Source of the DNA: Candidatus Nanoarchaeia archaeon
Lineage (GTDB): Archaea > Nanobdellota > Nanobdellia > Tiddalikarchaeales > Tiddalikarchaeaceae
NCBI GenBank assembly: GCA_041653395.1
Contig: JBAZFK010000005.1
Location: 93-64,092, forward strand
Direction: 5' to 3'
DNA: 64,000 bases
Below, in pieces: positions 9,676-19,882 of this stretch. The translations under genes and the position numbers were made by a program. The notes under the pieces were generated by a model. That model was not told the DNA's origin. It searched no databases and saw nothing but the letters and a program-made list of their open reading frames with translations. The number at the start of each line of letters is the position of its first letter. Positions within the stretch are counted from its first letter, which is position 1.

Positions 9676-11307
9676 TTATTTCATTTCCTTAGCTGCTTTA
9701 ATAAAGCCTTTAAATAAAGGATTAGGCTTTAAAGGCTTGCTGGTAAGCTCAGGATGAAACTGGCTTGCCATGAAAAAATTATGGTCTGAAAGCTCAATTA
9801 TTTGCTTAACTAATCCATCAGAGGATTCTCCGCTAAAAATCATTCCTTTAGCTTCAAGCTTTTTCACATAAGCAGGATTAACCTCATAACGGTGCCTGAA
9901 CCTTTCATTTATGAGCTCTTTTCCATATAAAGAGAATGCTTGAGTTCCTTTTTTCAGCCTTGTTTTATAAGCTCCAAGCCTCATAGAGCCTGATTTATAA
10001 GTTACTTTATGCTGCTCGGGCAGAAGAAAAATAATAGGATTAAGTGTTGAACCATTAATTTCAGTAGTGTTCGCATCATTTAATCCGCAAACATTTCTGC
10101 CAAATTCAATAACAGCTAATTGCATGCCATAACATAGCCCTAAAAAAGGCTTGTTGCTCTCTCTAAAAGCCCTTATTGCGTTAATTTTTCCCTCAACACC
10201 CCTTGTTCCAAAGCCTCCAGGAACTATTAATCCATCAAATCTGTTAGCTAAAGATTTGGCGCTATCAAAGGATAAATCAGTAGTTTCTACTAATTCATAA
10301 TTGACTCTGACATCATTAGCTGCTCCAGCATGCTTTAATGCCTCAATAATGCTTGCATAACTGTCAGAAACGCTTGTGTACTTGCCTGCAATCATTATCT
10401 TAACCTCACCTTTAGGATTAAGCACTTTATTGACAAACTTTTTCCAGCCAGCCAAAACAGCAGAGCTTTCATTTGCGCCTAAATGCTTCATTATTCCATG
10501 CTCCTTAAGAAGCAAAGGAACTTCATAAATAGTTTTTAAATCAGGAATGCAATAAACCCTGTCAATAGACAGATTTGAAGTATTGCTTAATTTTTTTCTA
10601 ATCCCTTCACTTATAGGATTCTCGCTGCGTGCAATAATAATATCAGGATAAAGACCCTGCCTCATCAGCTCCTTAATACCTAACTGAGCAGGCTTGCTTT
10701 TCTGCTCACCAAGGCTAGGAGGTTCAAGAATGTAAGTAATATTGATTACTGTCACATTGCTTTTTCCCTCTTCAGCAATCAACTCCCTTACAGCTCCGAT
10801 GAATACAGCATTTTCATCATCGCCCACTGTTCCTCCAACTTCAATAATCATTGTATCATAACCCATTACTCTTTCCCTGATAATTTTTTTAATCTCGCCT
10901 GAAACATGAGGATAATATTGGACATCCCTTCCAAGATACTCCCCTTTCTCTTCCTTATTAAGAATCATCTTCATTAACGTGCCATTAGTTAAATAGCTGC
11001 GGCTGGAAAGGTTAGTGTTAAGGAATCTCTCATAAGTCCCTAAATCCATATCACACTCTAAGCCATCATCAAGCACGAAAACCTCCCCATGCCTAAAAGG
11101 GCTTAGAGTTCCAGCATTAATGTTTAAATAACCATCGAATTTGAAAGGCAGAACTTTCAGGCCGGAATCTTCAAGCAGCCTTGCAATGCTTGCAGCAACA
11201 ACCCCTTTTCCAACTCCGCTGATAACCGAGCCTGTAACAATAATAAACTTTGCAGCGCCTTTAACATAATTTTTAGGGATAGAATTAAAATCTTCAATTG
11301 AGAGCAT
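9676..11307 (-). CDS. pyrG: CTP synthase (likely start ATG at 11307)
   Basis: KFIIVTGSVISGVGKG, DGYLN..AGT.SP..HGEVFV..DG.ECD.DLG.YERF, GLCYGMQ (Cys nucleophile), ERFRHRYEVN, QFHPE. Confidence 0.98.
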   Translation of the reverse strand: MLSIEDFNSIPKNYVKGAAKFIIVTGSVISGVGKGVVAASIARLLEDSGLKVLPFKFDGYLNINAGTLSPFRHGEVFVLDDGLECDMDLGTYERFLNTNLSSRSYLTNGTLMKMILNKEEKGEYLGRDVQYYPHVSGEIKKIIRERVMGYDTMIIEVGGTVGDDENAVFIGAVRELIAEEGKSNVTVINITYILEPPSLGEQKSKPAQLGIKELMRQGLYPDIIIARSENPISEGIRKKLSNTSNLSIDRVYCIPDLKTIYEVPLLLKEHGIMKHLGANESSAVLAGWKKFVNKVLNPKGEVKIMIAGKYTSVSDSYASIIEALKHAGAANDVRVNYELVETTDLSFDSAKSLANRFDGLIVPGGFGTRGVEGKINAIRAFRESNKPFLGLCYGMQLAVIEFGRNVCGLNDANTTEINGSTLNPIIFLLPEQHKVTYKSGSMRLGAYKTRLKKGTQAFSLYGKELINERFRHRYEVNPAYVKKLEAKGMIFSGESSDGLVKQIIELSDHNFFMASQFHPELTSKPLKPNPLFKGFIKAAKEMK

Positions 11308-11394
11308 ATAAAAATTATGCAATTTGTTTTAATAACTTTTGCTATACTATAAAACAATAATTCAAAAATTATATTATAAAAAACTTTCAATTAA

Positions 11395-11403
11395 TTTTAT
11401 AAA
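11395..11403 (+). promoter_or_regulatory. TATA box (TTTTATAAA) 24 nt before the pilin-adhesin ATG; probable leaderless transcript
   Basis: The same box at the same spacing precedes the sister remnant (12912-12920, ATG 12944). Confidence 0.55.
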
Positions 11404-11426
11404 CAATCTATTAATCTTATTAATCA

Positions 11427-12902
11427 ATGAAGTCAATCACTCCAGTAGTTAGTGTCATATTATTGGTTTTAATCACTATTATTGCAAGCGTTTCAGCTTA
11501 TTTTTTCATCAATTCCAGTGTTTTAAATTTAGAATCAAGGGGTAATTTGGACAATAATCCAATAACTGATAATTCAAGAATTAATTTAGTTTCAATCACT
11601 GGCTCTAAGGCAATAATCAGGAATGACGGCTCAAGCCCAGTGATTGATGTTGTAATCTTTATCAATGGTGAACTGTTAAATTTTACTCTAAATAACCCTA
11701 TTTTGCCAGGAGAATTAATGGAGATTAATTATAATGCAAGGCAAGCAGGTGAAGATTTGGAAATAAAATTGATATATAATTATGGAAAAACTGTGCAAGC
11801 AGTAAGCCCAGCTAGCATGAATACTAATTCTTCAGGATTCACTAATAACTCATTGCCATTAAATGAAATAGGAGAAAATCAGGAGCCTGATTATTCTTTT
11901 TTTAATTGCATTGATAATGACATCAATAATACCTGGTTTAGTGGAGCAATAAATGGGAGCAATGGCGCTTGCTGCGGAGATGATGGAGCACTTGATACTT
12001 TTTTTAATGGAAGCATTTCTTCAACATCTACTTTCTGCCAGAACGGAACTTATGTCAATGCAGATATTGACAATAATCAAACAGTTTGTGAATACTATGG
12101 TTATAATTGGTTTTTTTATGAACTTTATAATCAGACATGGTCTTTTGAAGAAGGCTCAGGAACAACTACTACAAGCAATAATGGAATTTCAGGCACTTTT
12201 AGCAAAAGCAGCAATACTGATGGAACAATAATAATTCCCCAATGGACTACTGGTTATTCTGGAGGAGGATTATATTTTCAAAATGAAGTAATGTATGGGT
12301 ATTCTGCAGGAGGCAGAGTGGTTGTTGGCAATGTAGCACAGATAAACATGACTCAAGAAGTAACCTTGAGCGCATGGATTTATCCTCAAACTTTTGGAAC
12401 TTATCCTGATATGAATGTTATTGCAGGAAGGGAAAAAGCATACACTATGAGAATCTATAAGTCAACAGGGCAATTCTATGTTTATTCAATAGATGAGGAG
12501 GGTGATGTAACCACTTGCCAAGCTCAAGCTGGAATAATTGATGAAGAATGGAGATATGTTACTATGGTTGTTAGACCTTATACTGATGGCTGGACAATAA
12601 GAGGATATGTTAATGGAAGTTTAATATGCGAAGATACAAACACTCTTTTTAATGGGCCAAGAGATGATTCCGAATCCTTCAGGATAGGTGAAGAAAAGGA
12701 TTGGTGGGGATTAAGTTATAGTGTGGGCAATTTTGAAGGAAAAATAGATGAATTAATGCTTACAAATATTTCTTTATCAAGCATAGAGATAAATAATTTG
12801 TATAAAGGTTATTTAGTTGCTTGTTGTGGAGATGACGGTGATCTTGATAATTTCAGCAACAGCACTCATCAATGTGTTAACGGCGTTTTTAGCGTAATTT
12901 GA
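11427..12902 (+). CDS. Archaeal pilin-like (class III signal) surface protein with LamG/concanavalin-like domain
   Basis: MKS-ITPVVSVILLVLITI leader; T.SAW.Y...W.YV..V...YVNG...F.G.IDE LamG pattern between two CCGDD motifs; many N-x-S/T sequons. Confidence 0.85.
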   Translation: MKSITPVVSVILLVLITIIASVSAYFFINSSVLNLESRGNLDNNPITDNSRINLVSITGSKAIIRNDGSSPVIDVVIFINGELLNFTLNNPILPGELMEINYNARQAGEDLEIKLIYNYGKTVQAVSPASMNTNSSGFTNNSLPLNEIGENQEPDYSFFNCIDNDINNTWFSGAINGSNGACCGDDGALDTFFNGSISSTSTFCQNGTYVNADIDNNQTVCEYYGYNWFFYELYNQTWSFEEGSGTTTTSNNGISGTFSKSSNTDGTIIIPQWTTGYSGGGLYFQNEVMYGYSAGGRVVVGNVAQINMTQEVTLSAWIYPQTFGTYPDMNVIAGREKAYTMRIYKSTGQFYVYSIDEEGDVTTCQAQAGIIDEEWRYVTMVVRPYTDGWTIRGYVNGSLICEDTNTLFNGPRDDSESFRIGEEKDWWGLSYSVGNFEGKIDELMLTNISLSSIEINNLYKGYLVACCGDDGDLDNFSNSTHQCVNGVFSVI

Positions 12903-12943
12903 TTTAAGCAATTTTATAAATAACCCATTAATATTTATGATTA

Positions 12944-13046
12944 ATGAAATCAATCACTCCAGTAGTCAGTGTCATATTATTGGTGCAATGACGGCGTAGA
13001 CAATGACGAAGACGGCTACTATGACTCTGATGATTCGGATTGCTGA
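12944..13046 (+). pseudogene. Internally deleted pilin-like adhesin gene: 5' leader fused out of frame to a C-terminal CxDGxDNDxDG motif
   Basis: The first ~40 nt match 11427-11466 with 2 mismatches (MKSITPVVSVILLVQ*). From 12981 another frame reads WCNDGVDNDEDGYYDSDDSDC*. Confidence 0.75.
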
Positions 13047-13086
13047 CACAAAAGAATTAAAAAAGCGCTGTTTCTTTAATTAATTC

Positions 13087-14067
13087 ATGGGACTCTTGCC
13101 TTTTGAAAAAGAAAAAAATGAATTGATTGAGAGATATAAATCCAAGACTAATATTAATTATGGTAAAGAGCCAAGCAAGAGAACTGTTGCTGAATTGCTT
13201 GATTATGGATTTATTAATGTAGACAAACCTAGCGGTCCAACAAGTCACGAGGTTGCTGATTTTGTCAAAAAAATCTTAAATGTTAAAGCAGCAGGTCATG
13301 GAGGAACATTAGATCCAAGAGTTACAGGAGTGCTTCCAGTGGGGTTAAATAAAGCCACAAGAATTTTAGAGGTGTTCTTGCTAGGAGGTAAAGAATACGT
13401 GTGCGAAATGAGCATACACACTGAAGTATCAAAGCAAGAGCTGTTAAAGGCTTTTAAAGCGTTTACTGGAGTTATTAGGCAGTTGCCTCCGATTAAAAGC
13501 AATGTTAAAAGGCAGTGGAGAAACAGGGAAATCTACTATATTGATGTCTTAGAAGTTTATCCAAGAAAAGTTTTGTTCAAAGTTGGCTGCGAAGCAGGAA
13601 CTTATATAAGAAAATTATGCACAGATATTGGAGAATATTTAGGAACTAAAGCGCATATGCAGGATTTAAGAAGAACTAAAGCAAGCTGTTTTAATGAATC
13701 AAGCAGCCATTCATTGCATGAACTGCAGGAAGCCAAGAGTTTATATGATGAAACAGGTGATGAATCCTTATTAAGGCAGATAATATTGCCAGTTGAATCA
13801 GCAGTTGGACATCTGAAAAAAATCGTAATAAGCGATGGCGCAACTCCAGCACTGCTAAACGGCTCGCCTTTAATGCTTCCAGGCTTAGTTAAATTATCAA
13901 GCAACATAAAAGTCAATGATATCTTGGCAATATTCACACTAAAAAACGAATTAGTGGGCTTAGGCATTGCATTAATGACCTCTGAAGAGATGAAGAAAGA
14001 AAGCAAAGGCATTTGTGTCAAGCTAAAAAAAATAATAATGCCAATGAATACTTATAAGAGGGAATAA
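13087..14067 (+). CDS. truB: tRNA pseudouridine-55 synthase / Cbf5 with PUA domain
   Basis: DKPSGPTSHEV, GHGGTLDP.VTGVL, PP.KS.VKR..R.R.IY, GTYIRKLC.DIG, LRRT. Confidence 0.97.
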   Translation: MGLLPFEKEKNELIERYKSKTNINYGKEPSKRTVAELLDYGFINVDKPSGPTSHEVADFVKKILNVKAAGHGGTLDPRVTGVLPVGLNKATRILEVFLLGGKEYVCEMSIHTEVSKQELLKAFKAFTGVIRQLPPIKSNVKRQWRNREIYYIDVLEVYPRKVLFKVGCEAGTYIRKLCTDIGEYLGTKAHMQDLRRTKASCFNESSSHSLHELQEAKSLYDETGDESLLRQIILPVESAVGHLKKIVISDGATPALLNGSPLMLPGLVKLSSNIKVNDILAIFTLKNELVGLGIALMTSEEMKKESKGICVKLKKIIMPMNTYKRE

Positions 14068-14073
14068 CAAAAA

Positions 14074-14658
14074 ATGGAGCATTATTACACAAGGAATCCA
14101 ACAAGCCCTTTAAACTTTTATGAAATCAAAAAAAAATTAAGGGGCAATGATTTAAAATTTCATACAAGCACTGGGGTTTTTTGCCCTAAAAAAATTGACT
14201 GCGCAACCAAATTATTAGCAGAGAAGATGATAATAGAAAAAGGCCAAGAGTTTCTAGATTTAGGTAGCGGATACGGAGTAATAGGAATAGTTGCAGCAAA
14301 AATGGGAGCAAATGTTTCAATGAGTGAGATTAATTTAAGGGCTTTAATGCTGATTAAAAAAAACATAAAAGAGAATAAAGTTAATGCTGAAATAATAGAT
14401 AGCAACGGGTTTAGAAGCATAAAAAAAAACTATGACAACATTGTTTTGAATCCTCCAATAAGCGCAGGAATGAAACTATGCCAAGAGTTAATAAAGGAAT
14501 CATTCAATCATTTAAACAAAAAAGGCGTGCTTCAAATAGTTGCAAGGCATAACAAGGGGGGAAGCAGATTGCAAGATTACATGAATGAAATATTTAATAA
14601 CTCTGAAGTGTTAGCAAAACAAGGAGGTTTCAAAGTTTATGTCAGCAGAAAAGATTAA
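14074..14658 (+). CDS. Class I SAM-dependent methyltransferase, RsmC/MTS-like
   Basis: MEHYY...P.S, GVF....ID..T.LL, LDLGSGYGVIG, NPP motif IV. Confidence 0.9.
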   Translation: MEHYYTRNPTSPLNFYEIKKKLRGNDLKFHTSTGVFCPKKIDCATKLLAEKMIIEKGQEFLDLGSGYGVIGIVAAKMGANVSMSEINLRALMLIKKNIKENKVNAEIIDSNGFRSIKKNYDNIVLNPPISAGMKLCQELIKESFNHLNKKGVLQIVARHNKGGSRLQDYMNEIFNNSEVLAKQGGFKVYVSRKD

Positions 14659-14800
14659 CAAAGAATTATTAAACCTGCTCGCCTGCCCTATGTGCAAAGC
14701 AAGCTTAGAATTAGAAAAAAATTCACTAAAATGCCCTAAATGCAACAAAAACTATGCCATAAAAAGCGGAATTCCAATACTATTACTTGAAAATCAATAA
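14639..14800 (+). CDS. Trm112-family methyltransferase activator (53 aa; not in ORF track)
   Basis: Read manually: MSAEKINKELLNLLACPMCKASLELEKNSLKCPKCNKNYAIKSGIPILLLENQ*. GGAGG at 14623-14627 upstream; overlaps the MTase 3' end. Confidence 0.85.
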   Translation: MSAEKINKELLNLLACPMCKASLELEKNSLKCPKCNKNYAIKSGIPILLLENQ

Positions 14801-14836
14801 TTTTATAAATAAAAAAATATGCCCTAGTACTCATAA

Positions 14837-17164
14837 ATGATTAAAAAATTCCTACTCTTAACTGTATTATTATTAGCACTAAGCACGTCTTACAGTGAAG
14901 CAACTTATGGGTATAATAACACAAAAGGTTATGTGAACTTATCAAATGGGAATCCAGCAGCTAACATGAACATAAGCCTTAACTGCTCAAGCGAACTAGA
15001 AACCTTCACCCATTATGTTTTAACTAACTCTTTAGGTTACTATACTTTTTCAGGAATAATTGATATTTATAACTCTTCAGCAACAGAAGCATTATGCATT
15101 ATTAATTCATCAAAAAAAGGAATGCTAAATATCACTAACAATGCTTTTTCAATAACTATTAATCCAGGAACACAGGATTATTACAAAGGTATAGAGGCAA
15201 ATTTCACATTTAATAACACAGGTACTGCAATTTTTGATTTTTCAGGATTAAACGGAACATTGATTTCTTCAGACAATGAAGGCGTGAAAAATAAAACCAT
15301 AACTTTAAACTGCCCAAACCAAATTAATACAACAGTGACTGATGAGTACGGGTTTTATAATTTCTCAGGAGTAAACTTTGAGCATGCCTGCAACGCTGAA
15401 GGCTGCGAATTATTATGCAATGTAAGCCACTTAACAGAATATAACCTTTTCACAATTGACCCTCAAGGATACTATGGAGAAACAATAACTGTCAATTTAA
15501 CAAAGAATATCAATTACCAGCAAGGGGTAAAAGTTAACGGAGTTTTTACTCCAATTAACGGAAGCTACGGCAACATGACTTATTTTATCTTCAATGCATC
15601 CAGCTACGCTGGCACTATTAACTCATGCAGATATTCTAACGAGTCAAAAACTTTCAATAGCATGACTGATTTTAACATAACTTCTGGAAAAGTTTTCACT
15701 GCAAATATTTCAACAATTGTTTCAGGGCAGTACAATTTTTATGTATTATGCAACACTTCATTGTCAGTTGAGTCAAATCCAAGAATGGTGTCTTATGATG
15801 TTCATTTAAACGGAACCAACATAACTATTAATTCTCCAATTAACGGAAGCGTTTTTTCAAAAAATTCAATCTTTAACATAACCTTAGATATTCCAGCACT
15901 CATCTGCAGCTACAAGATTAATTATGATTCAAATGCTCATCAAATGACTAACACGAGCTTACTTACTTTTATAGCAAATCAAACAGGATTAGTTGAAGGA
16001 AGCAACAATGTCACTTTTTACTGCACTGATTATTATGGTGTGGGTTCAAACATTCAAATGAATTTTACAGCAGATATAACTGCTCCTTCTGCAGCTGAGT
16101 CTTTTTCAGCTAAAGCAACCAATGTTGGAACTGCAATATTAACATGGAATGAAGTGTCTGATGCTACTTATTATTATATTTACAGGGGGCAGTCAAACCA
16201 AGGGGCGATCACTTTTAGTTTTCTTGCAAATATTTCTTCATCAACCTCTTATCAAGATTTAAATGTGGAAACTTATCAAGTATATTACTACAAAATTAGT
16301 GCAGTTGACTTGTATGGCAATGAAGGCCCAGTTTCTTACAGTTTAGGTGTTTCAATTATGAACGAGCTGGACTATAGAAAAGAAATTTTTGATTTAGTAA
16401 CTGAATTAAACACTCTTAAAAATGAAACAGTTAAATCTGAAAATGATTTGAAAGAAAAAAATGAACTAATCGCTAAAGCATCAGGGTTGTGGAATGATTT
16501 AGGATTCTTCAATGATTATCTTACCTTACTATCATTATCAGAGATTGAAACAATAAACAATGTGAAATATTTAATGAATAATTATGAAACTAAGACTTTA
16601 GATGAGCTGAAATCAATGAGTTACCAGCTGGATTACAACCTGAAAACTTACTTGAAAAATTACAAAAAATCCATTAATGTTAAGACTTTAAACACTTCTA
16701 TTGATTCATTGAACATTACTTCAATAATTAATGAATCATTACTTGAAGTTAACGGAAACAAGTACTATAAATATAATATAACAAATATTATTTTAAACCC
16801 TTCAAATAATCTTGTAAAAAACATTAATATGACATTTAAAGTGCCACAAGGGGCAGAAATTGAAGGCTTTGAAATTATTAATTCAACAATTATTTACTCT
16901 CTTAATTCCCTTGATTCGTTGAGTTCGCAAACAATTTCATACGCATTCCTTTCATTAAGCAGCTACAGCAACAATATCACTGCTCAAATGCTTGAAGTTG
17001 AAATGCCTAAATCAATCACTGCTTACCAAGTTTTGAATGAATCAAAAGACACTACTATTATAGGCTTAAGCATATGGGGATTAACCCTAATATTGTCAGT
17101 TTCATTATTATTTCAGTACAAAAATTACCACATAAATTTTAAAAATAGGCAGAATTCTAATTAA
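14837..17164 (+). CDS. Large secreted/surface glycoprotein: signal peptide, beta-sandwich repeats, FN3 domain, coiled coil, C-terminal TM anchor
   Basis: Hydrophobic N-terminus; LTWNEV....YYIYR...Y.D..V.....YYYKISAVD..GNEG FN3 motif; dense N-x-S/T; C-terminal hydrophobic helix. Confidence 0.7.
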   Translation: MIKKFLLLTVLLLALSTSYSEATYGYNNTKGYVNLSNGNPAANMNISLNCSSELETFTHYVLTNSLGYYTFSGIIDIYNSSATEALCIINSSKKGMLNITNNAFSITINPGTQDYYKGIEANFTFNNTGTAIFDFSGLNGTLISSDNEGVKNKTITLNCPNQINTTVTDEYGFYNFSGVNFEHACNAEGCELLCNVSHLTEYNLFTIDPQGYYGETITVNLTKNINYQQGVKVNGVFTPINGSYGNMTYFIFNASSYAGTINSCRYSNESKTFNSMTDFNITSGKVFTANISTIVSGQYNFYVLCNTSLSVESNPRMVSYDVHLNGTNITINSPINGSVFSKNSIFNITLDIPALICSYKINYDSNAHQMTNTSLLTFIANQTGLVEGSNNVTFYCTDYYGVGSNIQMNFTADITAPSAAESFSAKATNVGTAILTWNEVSDATYYYIYRGQSNQGAITFSFLANISSSTSYQDLNVETYQVYYYKISAVDLYGNEGPVSYSLGVSIMNELDYRKEIFDLVTELNTLKNETVKSENDLKEKNELIAKASGLWNDLGFFNDYLTLLSLSEIETINNVKYLMNNYETKTLDELKSMSYQLDYNLKTYLKNYKKSINVKTLNTSIDSLNITSIINESLLEVNGNKYYKYNITNIILNPSNNLVKNINMTFKVPQGAEIEGFEIINSTIIYSLNSLDSLSSQTISYAFLSLSSYSNNITAQMLEVEMPKSITAYQVLNESKDTTIIGLSIWGLTLILSVSLLFQYKNYHINFKNRQNSN

Positions 17165-17177
17165 ATTACAATTAATT

Positions 17178-17261
17178 GCTAAGATGGCGGAGCGGTCTAA
17201 CGCGTCAGCCTTGAGAGCTGATCTCCGAAAGGGGGCGCAGGTTCAAATCCTGCTCTTAGCG
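17178..17261 (+). tRNA. tRNA-Ser (anticodon UGA), long variable arm, CCA not encoded
   Basis: Acceptor GCTAAGA/TCTTAGC, anticodon arm TCAGC-CTTGAGA-GCTGA, variable arm, T-arm GCAGG-TTCAAAT-CCTGC, discriminator G. Confidence 0.96.
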
Positions 17262-17322
17262 GTACGATAAAAGTCAATCGCTGTTTTGTGTGTTTTTAAA
17301 TTACTTTGAGAGTTAATAAAAC

Positions 17323-18480
17323 ATGAAAGACAGATGGAAACTTCACAGCTACGAAAAGGATCTTGACCGTAGAGTGAAGAACATAAAAGAGGGAAAAGTT
17401 TCCGATATATCTAACAAGAATTACCTTTTGGATTATTATGATTACCTGCTTAGCCAAGGGCTGAGCGTGCCAAGAATAGCTAAATGTTTGAGATTAGTTC
17501 AGAAAGCTGATGAATTTTTGAAAAAAGACTTAAAGACAGTTACAGAGAAAGATGTTATATCTTATTTTGGTTGGCTTGAAAGAAGCGAGTACAGCGAATG
17601 GACTAAGTCAGATTTCAAATCAGAGCTTAAGAAATTCCTAAAAAGGTTGTATGATGGTGAAGCTCCAAAATTCATAAATAACATTAAATCCACTGTGAAA
17701 AATAAGAGCAAGATGCTTCCGCAAGAGGTTATTACTGAACAGGAAGCAATAGAAATGATAAAGATTGCAGGAAGTGTAAGGAACAAAGCCTTAATCAGTG
17801 TGCTTTATGAAAGTGGGTGCAGAATCGGAGAGATACTCACTCTTAAAATGAAACATGTAGTGTTTGATGAATACGGCTGCTTACTTAATGTGAATGGAAA
17901 GACTGGAGTTAGACAGGTAAGAATTATATCTAGCACTCAATTGCTAAGCCAATGGTTCACAGACCACCCAAACCAATCACCAGAAAGCTACATCTGGAAT
18001 TCAAGGCAAAACGACTTAATTAATTATAACTCCATTGTCAAGTTTTTGAAAGACACAGCTAAAAGAGCAGGCATCACTAAAAGAGTTAACCCTCACTCAT
18101 TCAGGCACGCCAGAGCTACACACCTGGCAAATAAATTAACAGAAGCCCAGATGAAAATGTATTTTGGCTGGTCCCAAGCATCCAAAATGGCAGCAGTATA
18201 TGTTCATTTATCAGGCCGTGATGTAGACAACGCAATACTTGACGTGTACGGAATCAAGAAAAAAGAAGATGTCAAAGACACCTTTGCTCCAAAGAAATGC
18301 AGATGCGGACAACTAAACACACCAAACAATAAATACTGCTCTAAGTGCGGACAAATTCTAGACTTGAAATTACAAATGGAAGTGCAAGACAAAAAAACAG
18401 AACTAAAAGACATACTTTCAGAACTAATAAACAACCCAGAAACCCTTGAAAAACTTAAGCAAATGGTGCAGGCCAAATGA
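17323..18480 (+). CDS. Tyrosine recombinase/integrase with C-terminal zinc ribbon
   Basis: ESGCRIGE (R), GKTG (K), HSFRH (HxxR), FGW, AVYVH (Y), then CRCG...YCSKCG. Confidence 0.95.
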   Translation: MKDRWKLHSYEKDLDRRVKNIKEGKVSDISNKNYLLDYYDYLLSQGLSVPRIAKCLRLVQKADEFLKKDLKTVTEKDVISYFGWLERSEYSEWTKSDFKSELKKFLKRLYDGEAPKFINNIKSTVKNKSKMLPQEVITEQEAIEMIKIAGSVRNKALISVLYESGCRIGEILTLKMKHVVFDEYGCLLNVNGKTGVRQVRIISSTQLLSQWFTDHPNQSPESYIWNSRQNDLINYNSIVKFLKDTAKRAGITKRVNPHSFRHARATHLANKLTEAQMKMYFGWSQASKMAAVYVHLSGRDVDNAILDVYGIKKKEDVKDTFAPKKCRCGQLNTPNNKYCSKCGQILDLKLQMEVQDKKTELKDILSELINNPETLEKLKQMVQAK

Positions 18481-18664
18481 AAACAGACGCACTAACACTA
18501 AATATGATGCACCATTTGACTCTTTTTATTGCCTTTGTCTACTGGTCTAAAACTCTTGATACTTGGATGGCATTTGGAATAATAAGCATAAGTATTTTTA
18601 TTGGATATTTTTTAGATTAAATTCTTAAAATGAAAAATTCACAATCTTTTTATCTAATAAATTA

Positions 18665-19684
18665 TTGAAATTTTTTATGTTATATGAAATTATTACTGGA
18701 ATTTTATTATTAATTTTAATAGGTATTATAATTTATACATCATGTACCATTTTTAGAAATTTTAGTATATTTAAAAAAAATATTAAAAAAGAATGGAATC
18801 AATTTTTTAAAAAACATGATTTTAAGAAAACTTTTTTAAAAAATACTTTTTTAAAGAAATTTAATTTACTTAAAAAACCTCTTTTTTCAATTTTTTTAGT
18901 TACCATAATATCCATAATTTTACTTGTAATAATTTTTACTACAAAAACTTTTATTGATTTATTTATATTTTCATTTTCTTTTTTAAAAAATTCAATATAT
19001 GATTCAATGAAACTTTTTATTTTAAATTTAGGAATTTTAGATTTTTCAGAATTATTTTTAATTTCATTATATACATATATTTTTTTATCATTATTATATT
19101 TTTTAATTTTCTTTACCCTTATGATTTTATCAATATTAATTAATAAAAAAGATCTTACTTTTTCTTCTAATCTTCCAAATGCAGCTTTAATTATTATAGT
19201 TTTTGGAGTTTTTTGTATGGGAATTCAATTTTTAGATAATGAATGGGGAACTCCTCGATTAAACTTTGATAATTACTCTTTTTCAGATCCAAGTGGTTTT
19301 TTTATGGTAGGCAATAACATTACTATTAAATCTACTTTAGATGGAGCATTAATAAATGGAAAGGTTGAATATACTTTTTATAATGGTTCTAAATTAATTC
19401 ATTATTTAAATAATGAGACATTTCCAAAAGATTATACTAATTCTTCAGAGGCATCTAATGTTTTTTTTGATAAAGTATACTTTAAATCTCTAGAAAATGT
19501 AATTTCTTTAGATATTACTATAGAAACTCATTATAAAAATGAATCTTTTATTTCCAACTATTATTATCCTATAAACTTTTTAACTTTAAAAGAATATAAA
19601 GAAAGAAGATCAACATATATAACATATCTGTTAGCATTAATAGGATTATTAATTTTTACATTACCTAAATATTTAAAAAAGTAA
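18665..19684 (+). CDS. Very AT-rich multi-pass membrane protein (cargo), unknown function; ATG at 18677
   Basis: Long ORF with several hydrophobic helices; no recognisable motif. Confidence 0.55.
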   Translation: MKFFMLYEIITGILLLILIGIIIYTSCTIFRNFSIFKKNIKKEWNQFFKKHDFKKTFLKNTFLKKFNLLKKPLFSIFLVTIISIILLVIIFTTKTFIDLFIFSFSFLKNSIYDSMKLFILNLGILDFSELFLISLYTYIFLSLLYFLIFFTLMILSILINKKDLTFSSNLPNAALIIIVFGVFCMGIQFLDNEWGTPRLNFDNYSFSDPSGFFMVGNNITIKSTLDGALINGKVEYTFYNGSKLIHYLNNETFPKDYTNSSEASNVFFDKVYFKSLENVISLDITIETHYKNESFISNYYYPINFLTLKEYKERRSTYITYLLALIGLLIFTLPKYLKK

Positions 19685-19882
19685 ACACTCTTCTCTCTCT
19701 GCAAGTATTTTAAGCTCCTTCGCTCAAGCTCAGAGAGCATTAAAAAACTTGCTGCCACAGTATAACACAGTGTTTGGCACCGCTCGAGAAGAAAAGCCTT
19801 CTATTCTTTCCTTGACTGACGTGCCCAAACCCCGGATTTTTTCAACGAAAGTCTTTGATTGAAAAAATCGGAGGTTTGTAAA

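Noticed and set aside
17178-17261. tRNA-Sec or opal suppressor, because of TGA in the anticodon loop
   Set aside because: Anticodon UGA reads UCA (Ser); Sec needs anticodon UCA. The stems are ordinary tRNA-Ser.
18481-18664. Small gene after the integrase
   Set aside because: Fragments in different frames with no consistent start; at most a membrane-protein relic.
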